A DNA stretch of 64,000 bases from an uncultured Gemmatimonadales bacterium (GTDB lineage: Bacteria > Gemmatimonadota > Gemmatimonadetes > Gemmatimonadales > GWC2-71-9): positions 1-64,000 of the forward strand of contig CAWCVB010000005.1 in NCBI GenBank assembly GCA_963798915.1, in the 5' to 3' direction. The stretch's first letter is position 1. Every line of letters starts with the position of its first letter. The translations under genes were made by a program, and so were the position numbers. Below the pieces are notes generated by a model. The model was not told where the DNA came from. It ran no database searches and saw only the letters and a list, made by a program, of their open reading frames with translations. Below are positions 40,360 through 50,613 of the stretch, piece by piece.

Positions 40360-42291
40360 ATGACAACCCCACCGATCGAGGCATTGCGATCCTGGTTCCT
40401 GGGTCCACGGGCCGAGAATGCCGCGCTGCTGGAACAGCTGGTGACCGAGGCCTTGCGCGACCACGTCTTCTGGCGCCGCAACTTTCATCCGGAAGATGGC
40501 CTCACCATCCGCGAGTCCGACAAGCGGAGCCCCGGCTACGAGCAGGCAGTGGGCACCCTGACCCAGGAACTCATGGGCCTGCTGGCCGCACTCAAGCGCG
40601 ATGTGCCCTTCTTCAGCGGACGATACAAGGGCCACATGATCTACGAGCCCACCCTGGCGGCGCAGGTGGGTTACATCGCCGCCATGCTCTACAATCCCAA
40701 CAACATTGCGGCAGAAGCGGCCCCGGTCACCACCGGCCTGGAACTGGAAGTTGCGGCTGACCTGGTGCGGATGATCGGCTATGAAGCGGGGCCGGCCTGG
40801 GGCCACCTGACCTCCGGTGGCACGGTGGCCAACTTCGAGGCTCTCTGGATCGCACGCAACATCCATTACCTGCCCATTGCCATTACCGGCGCGGCCCGGA
40901 GCCTGGGCGTCGCGCTCGATGTCACCTTGCCGGATGGAAGCACCGCTCCGCTCGAGTCGCTGCCGCTCTGGGCCCTGCTCAACATCACGGGCGCGAGCGC
41001 GCTCGACCTGCTCGAAGCGCTGCAACGCTCTGCGCCGCCCAAGGACGTGCGCACCGCGCTTGACGCCCACTCGCTGGCATCGGTCGGCTATCAGGAGTAC
41101 GGCGTGCGGCTGGGACACTGGTACGGCGATTCGCTGCCGCCTGCGGTCGTGCTGGTTGCGGCGACGGCGCACTATTCGTGGGAGAAGATCGTCCGTGCGC
41201 TGGGCATCGGTGGCTCGCAACTCGTCTTCGTGCCGGTGGATCGGTGCTGCCGGCTCGATTGTGACGCGCTCTGGAGCCAGTTGCAGGGCCTCGCGGCCCG
41301 GCGCACGCCGGTGCTTGCCTGTATCAGCGTCTGCGGCACCACGGAAGAAAGTGCGGTGGATCGCCTGGACGAGGTGGTGGAGGTGCGGCGGCGAGCCCAG
41401 GCGGAGCTGGGGCTCGCGTTTCACCTGCACGCCGACGCCTGCTACGGCGGCTACGCCGCGGCGATCACACGGCGAGCCGACGGCAGTCGCCGGCCGGCGC
41501 AGGAAGCACGCGCGCGCACCGGCCTGGACTGGCCCGATGACGGTCTGGTGCGCGCGCTTGGGGCGCTGGCGCAGACGGATTCCGTCTCCATCGACCCTCA
41601 CAAGCTGGGGTACATCCCCTATCCCGCCGGCGCGTTCCTGCTCCGCGACCGGCGCGGCCGCGACCTCGTCGCGGTCGACCCGCCCTATCTCACCGAGGCG
41701 GCCGGTACGCCCGCGAACGACGCCACCTTCCTGGGGCGATACATCTTCGAGGGCTCCAAGCCGGGCGCTGCGGCGGCGTCGGTCTGGCTGAGCCACAAGG
41801 TGCTTCCGCTCGATGAGCGCGGCTATGGCTACCTGATCGAACGCACCGCCATGGGTGCGCGCCGGCTCCATGCCGCGCTGGCCAACGCCGATCTTGGCGC
41901 GTTCCGCACCGTGATGCTGCCGGAGCCCGACATCAACATCGTCTGCTTCCTCCTTACCGCCGGCACTCTCACGTCGCTGGCCGCGGTGAACGCGCTCAAT
42001 GAGGGAATCTTTTCCCGGATGAGCATGCGGGGCGACCAGCAGCCGGAGTACATGATTACCCGGACGCGATTCCAGACGCCCATGTATGACGGGGCGATTG
42101 CCCCGCTGCTGGCGGAACTTGGCGCCGGATCAGTGGAGGAATGGAAGGCGGGAGGTGCTGAGGGGCTGGTGGTCCTGCGCGCGACGGTGATGGATCCCTT
42201 CATGGCCGATGAGCACGGCACCGATCACGTCGCCGGCTTCATTTCGGCACTGGGCCGGGCGGCGATCGCCACAGCCATACCCCGCCCGTGA
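40360..42291 (+). CDS. Group II PLP-dependent decarboxylase, tyrosine decarboxylase-like
   Basis: FLGPRAEN, AMLYNPNN, TSGGTVANFEALW, HYSW, GTTEESAVD, HADACYGGY, DPHKLGYIPY, EGSKPGA. Confidence 0.85.
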   Translation: MTTPPIEALRSWFLGPRAENAALLEQLVTEALRDHVFWRRNFHPEDGLTIRESDKRSPGYEQAVGTLTQELMGLLAALKRDVPFFSGRYKGHMIYEPTLAAQVGYIAAMLYNPNNIAAEAAPVTTGLELEVAADLVRMIGYEAGPAWGHLTSGGTVANFEALWIARNIHYLPIAITGAARSLGVALDVTLPDGSTAPLESLPLWALLNITGASALDLLEALQRSAPPKDVRTALDAHSLASVGYQEYGVRLGHWYGDSLPPAVVLVAATAHYSWEKIVRALGIGGSQLVFVPVDRCCRLDCDALWSQLQGLAARRTPVLACISVCGTTEESAVDRLDEVVEVRRRAQAELGLAFHLHADACYGGYAAAITRRADGSRRPAQEARARTGLDWPDDGLVRALGALAQTDSVSIDPHKLGYIPYPAGAFLLRDRRGRDLVAVDPPYLTEAAGTPANDATFLGRYIFEGSKPGAAAASVWLSHKVLPLDERGYGYLIERTAMGARRLHAALANADLGAFRTVMLPEPDINIVCFLLTAGTLTSLAAVNALNEGIFSRMSMRGDQQPEYMITRTRFQTPMYDGAIAPLLAELGAGSVEEWKAGGAEGLVVLRATVMDPFMADEHGTDHVAGFISALGRAAIATAIPRP

Positions 42292-42955
42292 GGCCGTCGG
42301 TGTTGGGCACGATGCCGACATCGGCCGGCAGCTCCCGGGGATCCAGCAGTCGGGCATTGCCACCGCCGATGTAGAGGCGGTCGAACGCCGTGAGCGAGCG
42401 CAATTGCTCGATGGCGCGCGCCAGGTTGTCCCGCCACGCCGGCTCACCCGATTGCTTGAGTGCACGGTCGCCCAGGGCCTCCTCGTACGTCCGCCCGTTC
42501 CGGAACGGGTGGTGTGCCAGCTCGATGTGCGGCCCCAGCACGCCATCCAGGAACATCGCCGTGCCGAAACCGGTCCCCAGCGTGACCACCATCTCCATCC
42601 CGTGACCCGAAATGGCCCCGAGCCCCTGGACATCGGCATCGTTGGCCACGCGCACCGGCTTGCCCAGCGCATTCTCCAGCGCTTCTCTCAGGTCAAAGCC
42701 GGCAAAGGCCGGGGTGCCCAGGTTGGGGGCGGTGCGGATGACACCATGCCGGATCATGCCCGGAAATCCGGCCGAGATCCGGTCAAAGGGCGCGAGCTGG
42801 CGGCCCATGTCGGTGAGACCCGCCAGCAACGCGACTGGTGTCGCCGGCCTGGGCGTCGCCATCGAGAGCCGCTGGCTCAGGAAGGATTCGTCCGGGCCGA
42901 CCAGCGCGGCCTTGAGATGGCTGCCACCGATGTCGAAGCAGAGGGTGGTGAGCAT
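42239..42955 (-). CDS. ROK family kinase (polyphosphate glucokinase-like)
   Basis: DIGGSHLK, GFPG, ANDADVQG, TLGTGFG, ELAHHP, IGGGN. Confidence 0.85.
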   Translation of the reverse strand: MLTTLCFDIGGSHLKAALVGPDESFLSQRLSMATPRPATPVALLAGLTDMGRQLAPFDRISAGFPGMIRHGVIRTAPNLGTPAFAGFDLREALENALGKPVRVANDADVQGLGAISGHGMEMVVTLGTGFGTAMFLDGVLGPHIELAHHPFRNGRTYEEALGDRALKQSGEPAWRDNLARAIEQLRSLTAFDRLYIGGGNARLLDPRELPADVGIVPNTDGLTGGVWLWRSPPGPVPK

Positions 42956-43097
42956 GATGCAACATAAGATGGGCGGGATGGGCAGGATGGGCAGGACACA
43001 ACCGGGTGGCCCGCGAGGCTTCCCGCCATGAGACTCCAGAAAGCTCGTAGCGCGCAGCCCACAATTCTCGATCCTCAGCCCTCCACTATCATTCCCC

Positions 43098-44118
43098 ATG
43101 CCTCATGAATCTGCCATCATCGCTGGTGCAGGCCCGATTGGCCTGGCCTGCGCCATCTCGGCGCGCCGACGGGGCATCGATCCCCTGGTCATCGATACCG
43201 GCGCCATCGCCAACTCGATTTTCCATTACCCGATCGGGATGACCTTCTTCACGACGCCCGAGCGGCTGGAGATCGGGGGGCATCCGATCGTGAGCGCGGG
43301 CGCCAAGCCCACGCGCGAAGACGCGCTCAAGTATTACCGGGGCGTGGCGCGGGCCGAGGGTCTCCGTCGTCCGCACTTTCACGCGTCTCAGCGCTGCCCA
43401 TCGAGAGGACGGCGTGGTGCGCTGTACGCTGGAGAGCCGGGCCGGGAGCGAAACCGTCACCTGTGACCGCCTGGTGCTCGCCACCGGGTATTTCGAGCAG
43501 ACCAACCGCCTGGGCGTGCCAGGTGAGGAGCTGCCGCATGTGCGGCCCTACTTCGACGAAGCGCATGTGGGGGCGGGACTGAACGTGGTGGTGATCGGCG
43601 GCAAGAATTCGGCGGTCGAAGCGGCGCTGCAACTCTTTCGCGCGGGTGCGCACGTCACCCTGGTCTACCGCGGCGCCGCGCTCAAGCCCAGCGTCAAGTA
43701 CTGGCTCAGGCCCGATCTCGAGAACCGGATCAAGGCGGGTGAAATCGCGGCCCGTTTCGGCTCGGAGGTGATGGCGATCGAGCAGGATGCCGTGGTGATT
43801 CGTACCGCGGGCGGCGGCATCGAGCGGATCCCCGCCGATCGGGTCTATCCGCTCATCGGGTTTCATCCGGACTTTGCGCTCTTCCGCGACATGGGCATCG
43901 AACTGGACGACGCGGGCCGGCCCGCGATCAATCCTGACACGCTCGAAACCAACGTACCGGGAATCTACATGGCGGGCAGCATCGTCTCGGGCCGCGCCAT
44001 CTCGGAAGTGTTCATCGAGAACGGCCGCTACGACGGCGAGAAAATCTTTGGCAATCCGGAGGAACGGGCGGAGGCCCAGGCGCGCTACGAGGCCACGCCC
44101 AGGCCGGTGGGGGAGTAG
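43098..44118 (+). CDS. YpdA-like FAD-dependent disulfide reductase, frameshift near 43370-43400
   Basis: GAGPIG, NSIFHYP..FFTT..LEIG..KPTREDALKYY, IGGKNSAVE, SVKYWLRPD, FIENGR. Confidence 0.85.
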
Positions 44119-44166
44119 GGGCGGCCCGCGAAGACACGCCCGCCCTGATCGGGACTCTCGAGGAAT

Positions 44167-45648
44167 TCAGCTTCCCGGCAACCGCAGCACAAGCAGCTGA
44201 CCGCCATCCTCGCTCAACCCTGCGGATGGCACCGCCAGCGTGTGGGCCTGTACATCAAAGATCCAGGTCCCAGCGCCCAGCCATTCCGAAGCGTCGATGA
44301 TGCCGCTGGACTCCCAGCAGGTACCATCGGCATCGACACAGTCATCATTGGTGAGTTTGGCCACGGCACGCGCCGCACCCAGCGAGCCATTTCCCTGACG
44401 GACAAAGTTCCAGATGCGCGGCGCGCGATTGAACTCGCTGTACGCGGGATCTTCCTGCAGCATGAGACTGGTGGTGCTGGTCGCGATGTTGTCGGGTGAC
44501 GCCCAGTCGCCGGCGGCGACGCCACGCGAGCGGGCCAGCAGCGTGAGACGTGCGTGCTGGGTCGGATCGGCCTGGTCGAACTCCATCCGGTAGATCGAGC
44601 CGTAGTGGTCGCATACTCCACCGCATGAAGCATTCACCCGCCCGGCGACGCGCCCGGTGGTGCTCCCGCTTCCCGTATCCACGAAATAGAGTGCCGGCGC
44701 CGTGCCGCTCCGGTAGGCAGCCCGATCGTAGTCGGCATCCTCCAGCCGCACAAACGGGAAGGCGCCGTGATCGCCCACATTGTCCGCGGCATCCTGAAGC
44801 TCGCTGGCCGAGATGTCGGAGGGCGAGATCGGCAGGAACCGCCCGTCGATGGTCTGTCCGGGTGCGAGATTGCCCGAGTGCGTTGCCCCGTCGGACGCGA
44901 AGACATAGAGCGTACCGTTGCCAGCCAGCAGATCGGCCGTCGAGCTGGCCACATACATGTACAGTTCCGATTTGCCATTCGAATCATCCATGCCCATGGT
45001 GACGATCGTGCCGCCCTCGAACCCGGGGACCACCACGGTGTTTTCGTGGTTGAATCGACCAAGAGCCCCAAGCGGCGTGATCGATCCGTCGCCGCCGACG
45101 GCCAGGCTGGTGCCGCCATTGGCGCCACTGGTGGTTTCCTCGCCGGTGAAGAAGTAACCGCTGGCGAGGCCCTCCTGACCGTCGGCCCAGGTGGCGGAGC
45201 AGAGGCGTTCGAGCAGCAGCGAGCCGGTCACCGGGTAGGAGCCGTTCAGGACAGATCGGGTGGCTGGATCGAGTTCAAGCCGGGACACGCGAGAATAGGT
45301 GAAGCGGCCGTCAACGCCGCCGGCCGTCAGCTCATGATTGGCGTAGAGAATGAGGCGTCCGTTCGCGAGATAGGCGCCGAGACCGTCTGGTGCGGGGGCC
45401 CAGACGCGAAGATCGGGATCAGCGTTCTGCTCCATGCCGGGGATGGGATCGCCAACGCTGATGATTGGGGTCAGCTCGGCCTGGGGCAGGAGTGCGATCG
45501 CCTGGGCCGGGGCACTGGTAATGAAGCCGGCAGCTCCCGCCTGCGGGGCGGCGGCATGCGAGGCAGCAGGACCGGTCGGGTTGGACGTTCCACTGCAGGC
45601 CGCAACGGTGATCGCCGCCGCCAGCAGGCTCATCGAACAACGTATCAT
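44167..45648 (-). CDS. PhoX-like (DUF839) alkaline phosphatase lipoprotein
   Basis: Lipobox VAAC; PDGLG, NHE, RLCSA, GRFNHEN, RLED, SPDNI, QED, WESSG, DVQAH. Confidence 0.75.
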   Translation of the reverse strand: MIRCSMSLLAAAITVAACSGTSNPTGPAASHAAAPQAGAAGFITSAPAQAIALLPQAELTPIISVGDPIPGMEQNADPDLRVWAPAPDGLGAYLANGRLILYANHELTAGGVDGRFTYSRVSRLELDPATRSVLNGSYPVTGSLLLERLCSATWADGQEGLASGYFFTGEETTSGANGGTSLAVGGDGSITPLGALGRFNHENTVVVPGFEGGTIVTMGMDDSNGKSELYMYVASSTADLLAGNGTLYVFASDGATHSGNLAPGQTIDGRFLPISPSDISASELQDAADNVGDHGAFPFVRLEDADYDRAAYRSGTAPALYFVDTGSGSTTGRVAGRVNASCGGVCDHYGSIYRMEFDQADPTQHARLTLLARSRGVAAGDWASPDNIATSTTSLMLQEDPAYSEFNRAPRIWNFVRQGNGSLGAARAVAKLTNDDCVDADGTCWESSGIIDASEWLGAGTWIFDVQAHTLAVPSAGLSEDGGQLLVLRLPGS

Positions 45649-45921
45649 GCGAAATCTCCAGGATTGAAGGGACGCGGGACAAGATCGTGCGTCCCTGTCA
45701 CTACTGAAGTGGTCTCGGGGTCTCCATCCAGCGACGGCTTTGCAACGAACTCTTGACAGGCGACGGTCGAGGAATCCCATCCCAGGGGTGTCTTGGCGAG
45801 CGTCGTCTCGGCGTCTCGCCGTCTCGGCGTCTCATCTTCCAGCCGTCGGTCCGACCCGCCCATCCTGCCCATCCCGCCCGTCCCGCCCTATCTTTATGGC
45901 CATCTCCCACCCAGGCCCCAC

Positions 45922-48900
45922 ATGGCTGAGCTCCTCGAGCGGCTTCAGGCAGCACTCGGCGACAGCTTCCGCATAGAGCGGGAGCTGGGCGGCGGGGGCA
46001 TGAGCCGTGTCTTCCTGGCGGAAGAGTCGCGGCTGGGCCGCCGGGTGGTGATCAAGCTGCTCCCGCCCGAGGCTGCCGAAGGGATCCCGGCCGACCGGTT
46101 CGAACGTGAGGTCAAGGTCGCCGCCTCGCTGCAGCATCCCCACGTCGTGCCGGTGCTGAGCGCCGGCGTCTCCGATGGGCTCCTGTATTACATCATGCCC
46201 TACATCGACGGCGAGTCGCTCGCCGCCCGGCTCGCCCGGGTGGGCGCGCTGCCGGTGGGCGAGGCCATCCGCATCATCCGCGACATCGCAGACGCCCTGG
46301 CCTACGCCCATGGTCGCGGCGTGGTGCACCGCGATATCAAGCCCGACAACATCATGCTGGCCGGGCGCCATGCACTGGTCACCGACTTCGGCGTCGCCAA
46401 GGCGGTGAGTGCATCGGTCAACCGGAGCATGGGGCTCACCACCGGCGGCGTGACCATCGGCACGCCCACCTACATGGCGCCGGAGCAGGCGGCGGCCGAT
46501 CCCAACCTGGATCATCGCGCCGATATCTATGCGCTGGGTGTGGTGGCGTACGAAATGCTCAGCGGGCGGCCGCCCTTCATGGCGCCCACGGCGCAGGGCA
46601 TGCTCGCAGCCCATGTGACCCAGACCCCCGATCCGGTGAGCGCGCACCGCCAGACCATTCCGCCGGACGTGTCGCAGATCGTGATGCGCTGCCTGGAAAA
46701 ACATCCGGCCGATCGCTGGCAGAGCGCGGCGGAGCTGGGCGAGAAGCTGGAGATCGCAACCACGCCTTCGGGTGGCATACCCTCCGTCCCCACCGAACCG
46801 GTGCAGGCAGTGCGGGCCCAGGCGGAGCGCTCGGTGCGACGGGCGCATCCCATGCGGGTGCTGGCGCTGTTTGCCTTGGCCACCGCGGCCGTCACCGCCG
46901 GCGCCTTCGGGCTCACCCGGCTCTTTGGATTGGCCGACTGGGTCTGGATCGGCGCGCTTGGCTGCATGCTGCTGGGCCTGCCGGTGCTGCTCTATACCGG
47001 CCGCCTGGAGCGCCAGCGCGCCATCCTCAAGGCCACCGGCGCGTTTCGCTACGAGCCGGAGCCGGCGCACCAGCAGTTCTTCACCTGGCGCCGGGCCCTG
47101 TGGGGCGGCGCATTCGCACTGGGCGCCCTGCTCCTTGCTACGGTGGCGTTCGGCGTCTCCCGGCATTTCGGCGTCGGCCCAGGCGCGACGCTGCTGAGCG
47201 CGGGCACGCTTGGCAGCCAGGACCGGCTCGTGCTCGCCGACTTTTCCAACCACACGTCCGACTCGACGCTGTCCGCATCGCTGGCGGAAGCGCTGCGGGT
47301 GGACCTGGGGCAGTCGAACGTCGTGCGATTGGTGAATCAGCAGGAGATCAATGCGACGCTGCAGCGGATGGGACAGGAGCCGGGCGGCCCGCTATCCGAA
47401 ACAGTAGCGCGTGACGTGGCTCGGCGCGCCAATGCCAAGGCCATTGTCTCGGGTGATGTCTCGCCGCTGGGCACGGGGTACGTGCTCACGGCCCGGCTGG
47501 TGTCGGTCGATGGAGCGACCCTGGCGCCGGTGCGTGAAACGGCGGAGAGCGACGCCGAGCTGATTCCGGCGCTCAACCGGCTCTCGAAATCGCTGCGGGA
47601 AAAGATCGGCGAATCGCTGCGAACCATTCGCCGCAGTGATGCGCTGGAGCAGGTGACGACGGCATCGCTGCCGGCGCTCGAGCTGTATTCCCGGGCGGAG
47701 CGCGCCTTCGAGAGCAACGACTACACGACCGCGCGCGACCTGCTGACACGCGCGGTACAGACCGACAGCAGCTTTGCGATGGCATGGCGGAAGCTGGCCG
47801 TGGTGATCAACAACATGGCCGGCAGCTCGTCGCAGCAGCGCGCCGCGGCGACGGCGGCATTCAATCACCGCGACCGGCTGCCGCCGCTGGAGCGCGCGCT
47901 GTCGGAGGCGTATTTCTACACCAACGTCCAGTTCAAGCCGGAACAGGCGACGCGTGCCTATCAGCGGGCACTGGACGTGGACTCGCTGAACCCCGTGGCC
48001 ATCAACAACCTGGGATTGCTGTACAACAGGCTGGGCGACTTCGCCAGTGCGGAGACGATCCTGCGGCGCGGGATGCGGCACGAGCCCGCCCTCACCATGT
48101 TCGACAACATGAATCAGGCGCTGCTCTCACAGGCCAAGTATGCCGCGGCCGACAGCGTGCTGGAGCAGCTTCGGGCCCGGGCGCCCGATGCACCGCTTAC
48201 GGTCATTAACCTTGCCTACGCAGCATCGGTCAAGCGTGACTATGAGACCGTTGATTCCGTCCTCCGGCCGTTGTCGACCGGAGCCAACCCAGACCGGATT
48301 GCGCAGCTCGTCCGGTCCAATGTCTTCGAGGTGCACGGGGAACTGCGCACCATTGACACGCTCTTCGCCACGATGGCCGGCAAACTGCTGGCCGAAGGAG
48401 ACTCGTCGCTCGCCGCCGGCGTGTTGCTGGCCGAGCCGAGCCACGATCTGGTGCAGCGCGGGCAACCTGAGCGTGGGCTCGCAAGCCTAGATTCGCTGGA
48501 GCACTCGCCGCTCTTCACCTCGCTGCGGAGCGTCGACCGCCCGCTCCTCGGTCTGGCGGAACTTGAGGTGCTGCTCGGCCGTGCCCAGGAGGTCCGGAAA
48601 CTGCGCGCGGAATGGGAACGCGCCGTTCCGCCCGAAGAGCGCACGCCCTGGCAGGCGCCGCGATGGGATGCCCTGGTGGCCGGGGCGGAAGGGCGCTGGA
48701 AGGATGCGGCGGCCGCGCAGACTCGCGCGGTGGCCACAGCCCACTGCGCGCCCTGCGGCCGCCACTTCATTGCGCAGGCGTGGGACCGCGCCGGCGTCAG
48801 CGACTCGGCGCTCAAGTACTATGACCTGGCCGCCAACCTGCCGAACACCGACAATGAAGGCGTGGAAGACGCAATCTGGCAGCCCTCCGCCCTGCGCCGC

Positions 48901-49056
48901 CTCGGCGAGCTGTACGAAGCCAGAGGTGAACGTCAGAAGGCGCTGGATTACTACGGCAAGTTCGTGGCGTTATGGAAAAATGCCGATGCCGACTTGCAGC
49001 CGCAGGTGACGGAGGTGAAGGCGGCGATGGCGAAGCTGGCGGGGGAGGGGAGGTAG
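45922..49056 (+). CDS. Hanks-type Ser/Thr protein kinase with TM segments and TPR-like C-terminus
   Basis: LGGGGMSRV, VIK, HRDIKPDN, DFG, GTPTYMAPE, DIYALG. Confidence 0.93.
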   Translation: MAELLERLQAALGDSFRIERELGGGGMSRVFLAEESRLGRRVVIKLLPPEAAEGIPADRFEREVKVAASLQHPHVVPVLSAGVSDGLLYYIMPYIDGESLAARLARVGALPVGEAIRIIRDIADALAYAHGRGVVHRDIKPDNIMLAGRHALVTDFGVAKAVSASVNRSMGLTTGGVTIGTPTYMAPEQAAADPNLDHRADIYALGVVAYEMLSGRPPFMAPTAQGMLAAHVTQTPDPVSAHRQTIPPDVSQIVMRCLEKHPADRWQSAAELGEKLEIATTPSGGIPSVPTEPVQAVRAQAERSVRRAHPMRVLALFALATAAVTAGAFGLTRLFGLADWVWIGALGCMLLGLPVLLYTGRLERQRAILKATGAFRYEPEPAHQQFFTWRRALWGGAFALGALLLATVAFGVSRHFGVGPGATLLSAGTLGSQDRLVLADFSNHTSDSTLSASLAEALRVDLGQSNVVRLVNQQEINATLQRMGQEPGGPLSETVARDVARRANAKAIVSGDVSPLGTGYVLTARLVSVDGATLAPVRETAESDAELIPALNRLSKSLREKIGESLRTIRRSDALEQVTTASLPALELYSRAERAFESNDYTTARDLLTRAVQTDSSFAMAWRKLAVVINNMAGSSSQQRAAATAAFNHRDRLPPLERALSEAYFYTNVQFKPEQATRAYQRALDVDSLNPVAINNLGLLYNRLGDFASAETILRRGMRHEPALTMFDNMNQALLSQAKYAAADSVLEQLRARAPDAPLTVINLAYAASVKRDYETVDSVLRPLSTGANPDRIAQLVRSNVFEVHGELRTIDTLFATMAGKLLAEGDSSLAAGVLLAEPSHDLVQRGQPERGLASLDSLEHSPLFTSLRSVDRPLLGLAELEVLLGRAQEVRKLRAEWERAVPPEERTPWQAPRWDALVAGAEGRWKDAAAAQTRAVATAHCAPCGRHFIAQAWDRAGVSDSALKYYDLAANLPNTDNEGVEDAIWQPSALRRLGELYEARGERQKALDYYGKFVALWKNADADLQPQVTEVKAAMAKLAGEGR

Positions 49057-49058
49057 GG

Positions 49059-49161
49059 GACGGCGAGACGGCGAGGCGGCAAGACGGCGAGGCGGCGAGT
49101 TGGCTAGTTGGCTAGTTGGCTAGTCGGCGAGAGGGCGAGTTGGCAAGACGGCAAGTTGGCG
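49059..49161. repeat. Octamer array (GACGGCGA/GTTGGCTA)n, left arm
   Basis: About 13 degenerate units. Confidence 0.9.
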
Positions 49162-49172
49162 GCGCTGGTCCA

Positions 49173-49529
49173 TCATGGCGCACTCCGGATGCTTCGGTGA
49201 AGGCCCCAGAGCAGGCGGCCGACTTCGTCGCACTCATTGAGCAGGCTACCGTCGCTCATTCGGGCATATTCGAGATCGCTCGCCAGCCTGAGCATGTACT
49301 CCACTTCCGCGTGCGACCCCGCAGCGATGTCGAGATAACGACGGAATTCCTTTGACCCTCTCTTGGCCGAGCCCTCGGCCACATTTGCTGCAATGGAGAC
49401 CGCGGCGCGCCGAATCTGCGATGTGAGCCCAAATCGCTCGTCAGGAGGCCAGGCCTTCGAGACGGCGTAAATGCGCAGTACCAGCTGATGCGCCTTCTGC
49501 CACACGAGGAGGTCGAGATACGAAGCCAT
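49173..49529 (-). CDS. Four helix bundle protein (23S rRNA IVP / Avd-like fold family)
   Basis: YLDLLVWQKAH..ERFGLTSQIRRAAVSIAANVAEGS..FRRYLDIAAGSHAE. Confidence 0.93.
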   Translation of the reverse strand: MASYLDLLVWQKAHQLVLRIYAVSKAWPPDERFGLTSQIRRAAVSIAANVAEGSAKRGSKEFRRYLDIAAGSHAEVEYMLRLASDLEYARMSDGSLLNECDEVGRLLWGLHRSIRSAP

Positions 49530-49608
49530 CCCCTAAGATGCCGTCTGCCGCGGTGACCTGGGTATCATTCTCGTGCAGGCCATACCCATGTCGCGCATTG
49601 CCTGGCCG

Positions 49609-49736
49609 CTCGCCGACTTGCCAACTCGCCGTCTTGCCGTCTCGCCGTCTCGCCGTCTCGCCGTCTTGCCGTCTTGCCGTCTCGCCGTCTCGCCGTCTCG
49701 CCGTCTCGCCGTCTCGCCAACTAGCCGCCTAGCTCC
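49609..49736. repeat. Octamer array (CTCGCCGT/CTTGCCGT/CTAGCC..)n, right arm inverted relative to 49059-49161
   Basis: About 16 units; same family at 10640-10682, 11970-12035, 20410-20470, 45805-45832, 50413-50540. Confidence 0.9.
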
Positions 49737-50020
49737 CCTCCCGCCCTCCTCAAAAACCGCTCCGCCAACTGCTCCAGCCGTTCGTCGTGTCTTTCCCGTG
49801 CGTCCGCCAGGATGATTTCCACTTGAGGTATGAGTTCCGGCGTGCCGAAGGCATAGCCGGTCGCAGCTTCGGCGCCGAGCGAGTCGCCGACGTTGGCGCC
49901 ATCGAGCAGCGCACGCGCGGCGGCGAGCGGAAAGGCAGGGTCGTCCCGCTGGGGCAGGGGATAGCGATGTTCGGGCTGGGCTTCCCCCGCCGCGTCGTCG
50001 TTTACGAATGCTCGGGACAT
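49721..50020 (-). CDS. Small hypothetical protein
   Basis: MSRAFVNDDA..; protein-like composition; 3' end runs into the octamer array. Confidence 0.55.
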   Translation of the reverse strand: MSRAFVNDDAAGEAQPEHRYPLPQRDDPAFPLAAARALLDGANVGDSLGAEAATGYAFGTPELIPQVEIILADARERHDERLEQLAERFLRRAGGELGG

Positions 50021-50613
50021 GAGAAAAAGATGGGCAGGATAGGCGGGATGGGCCAGATGGGCGGGGGGCGAGACGGCTGGTTGGCTCAAGCCGTCATCGC
50101 GGCATTCTCACGCGGCTAACCGCCATCACCGGAGAACTGCTTCAACATAGAGACGCAGAGGACGCGGAGGCACACAGAGGGCTCCTGGTGCCGAGCTTCT
50201 CCGCTTGCCGGGCTCAGTTCACAAAGGTTTTTGTGGGTGCCCGGCTGAGACCCGGATTCTAAGGCCTCTCACGGAGCACTCCGCGTCCTCTGTGCCTCCG
50301 TTCCTCTGTGTTAAACCATTGGCGCGACCCGATTGCTTCGTCGGGCCCTTCAGGGCGCACCGCCGTGCCCCCCTGCGGACCCTCCTCGCAATGACAGCGC
50401 CTGGCGAGCTTTCGTCTCGCCAACTCGCCAACTCGCCAACTCGCCAACTCGCCAACTCGCCAACTCGCCAACTCGCCAACTCGCCCTCTCGCCGTCTTGC
50501 CGTCTCGCCGTCTCGCCGTCTCGCCGCTTGCCGCTTGCCGCGGCGGGTGGATCGCGCTTCTATCGTAGGAGGCCCACGCCCTGGGTGCCCGAGCTTCAGC
50601 GACGGAGTGCGAG

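Noticed and set aside
42239..42291. 53-bp convergent overlap of the decarboxylase and ROK genes as an antisense regulatory device
   Set aside because: Short tail overlaps are common at high GC and could arise from an indel in this error-prone assembly
45660..45790. c-di-GMP riboswitch upstream of the PhoX-like gene (GCAAAGCC on the - strand)
   Set aside because: The rest of the GEMM consensus is missing; an Infernal/Rfam scan would be needed to support it
49173..49529. Diversity-generating retroelement (Avd) or 23S rRNA intervening sequence
   Set aside because: No reverse transcriptase, no TR/VR pair with adenine-specific differences, and no rRNA sequence nearby
49721..50020. GreA/GreB call from the MSRAFV N-terminus
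   Set aside because: No recognisable GreA/B C-terminal domain; the similarity is too short
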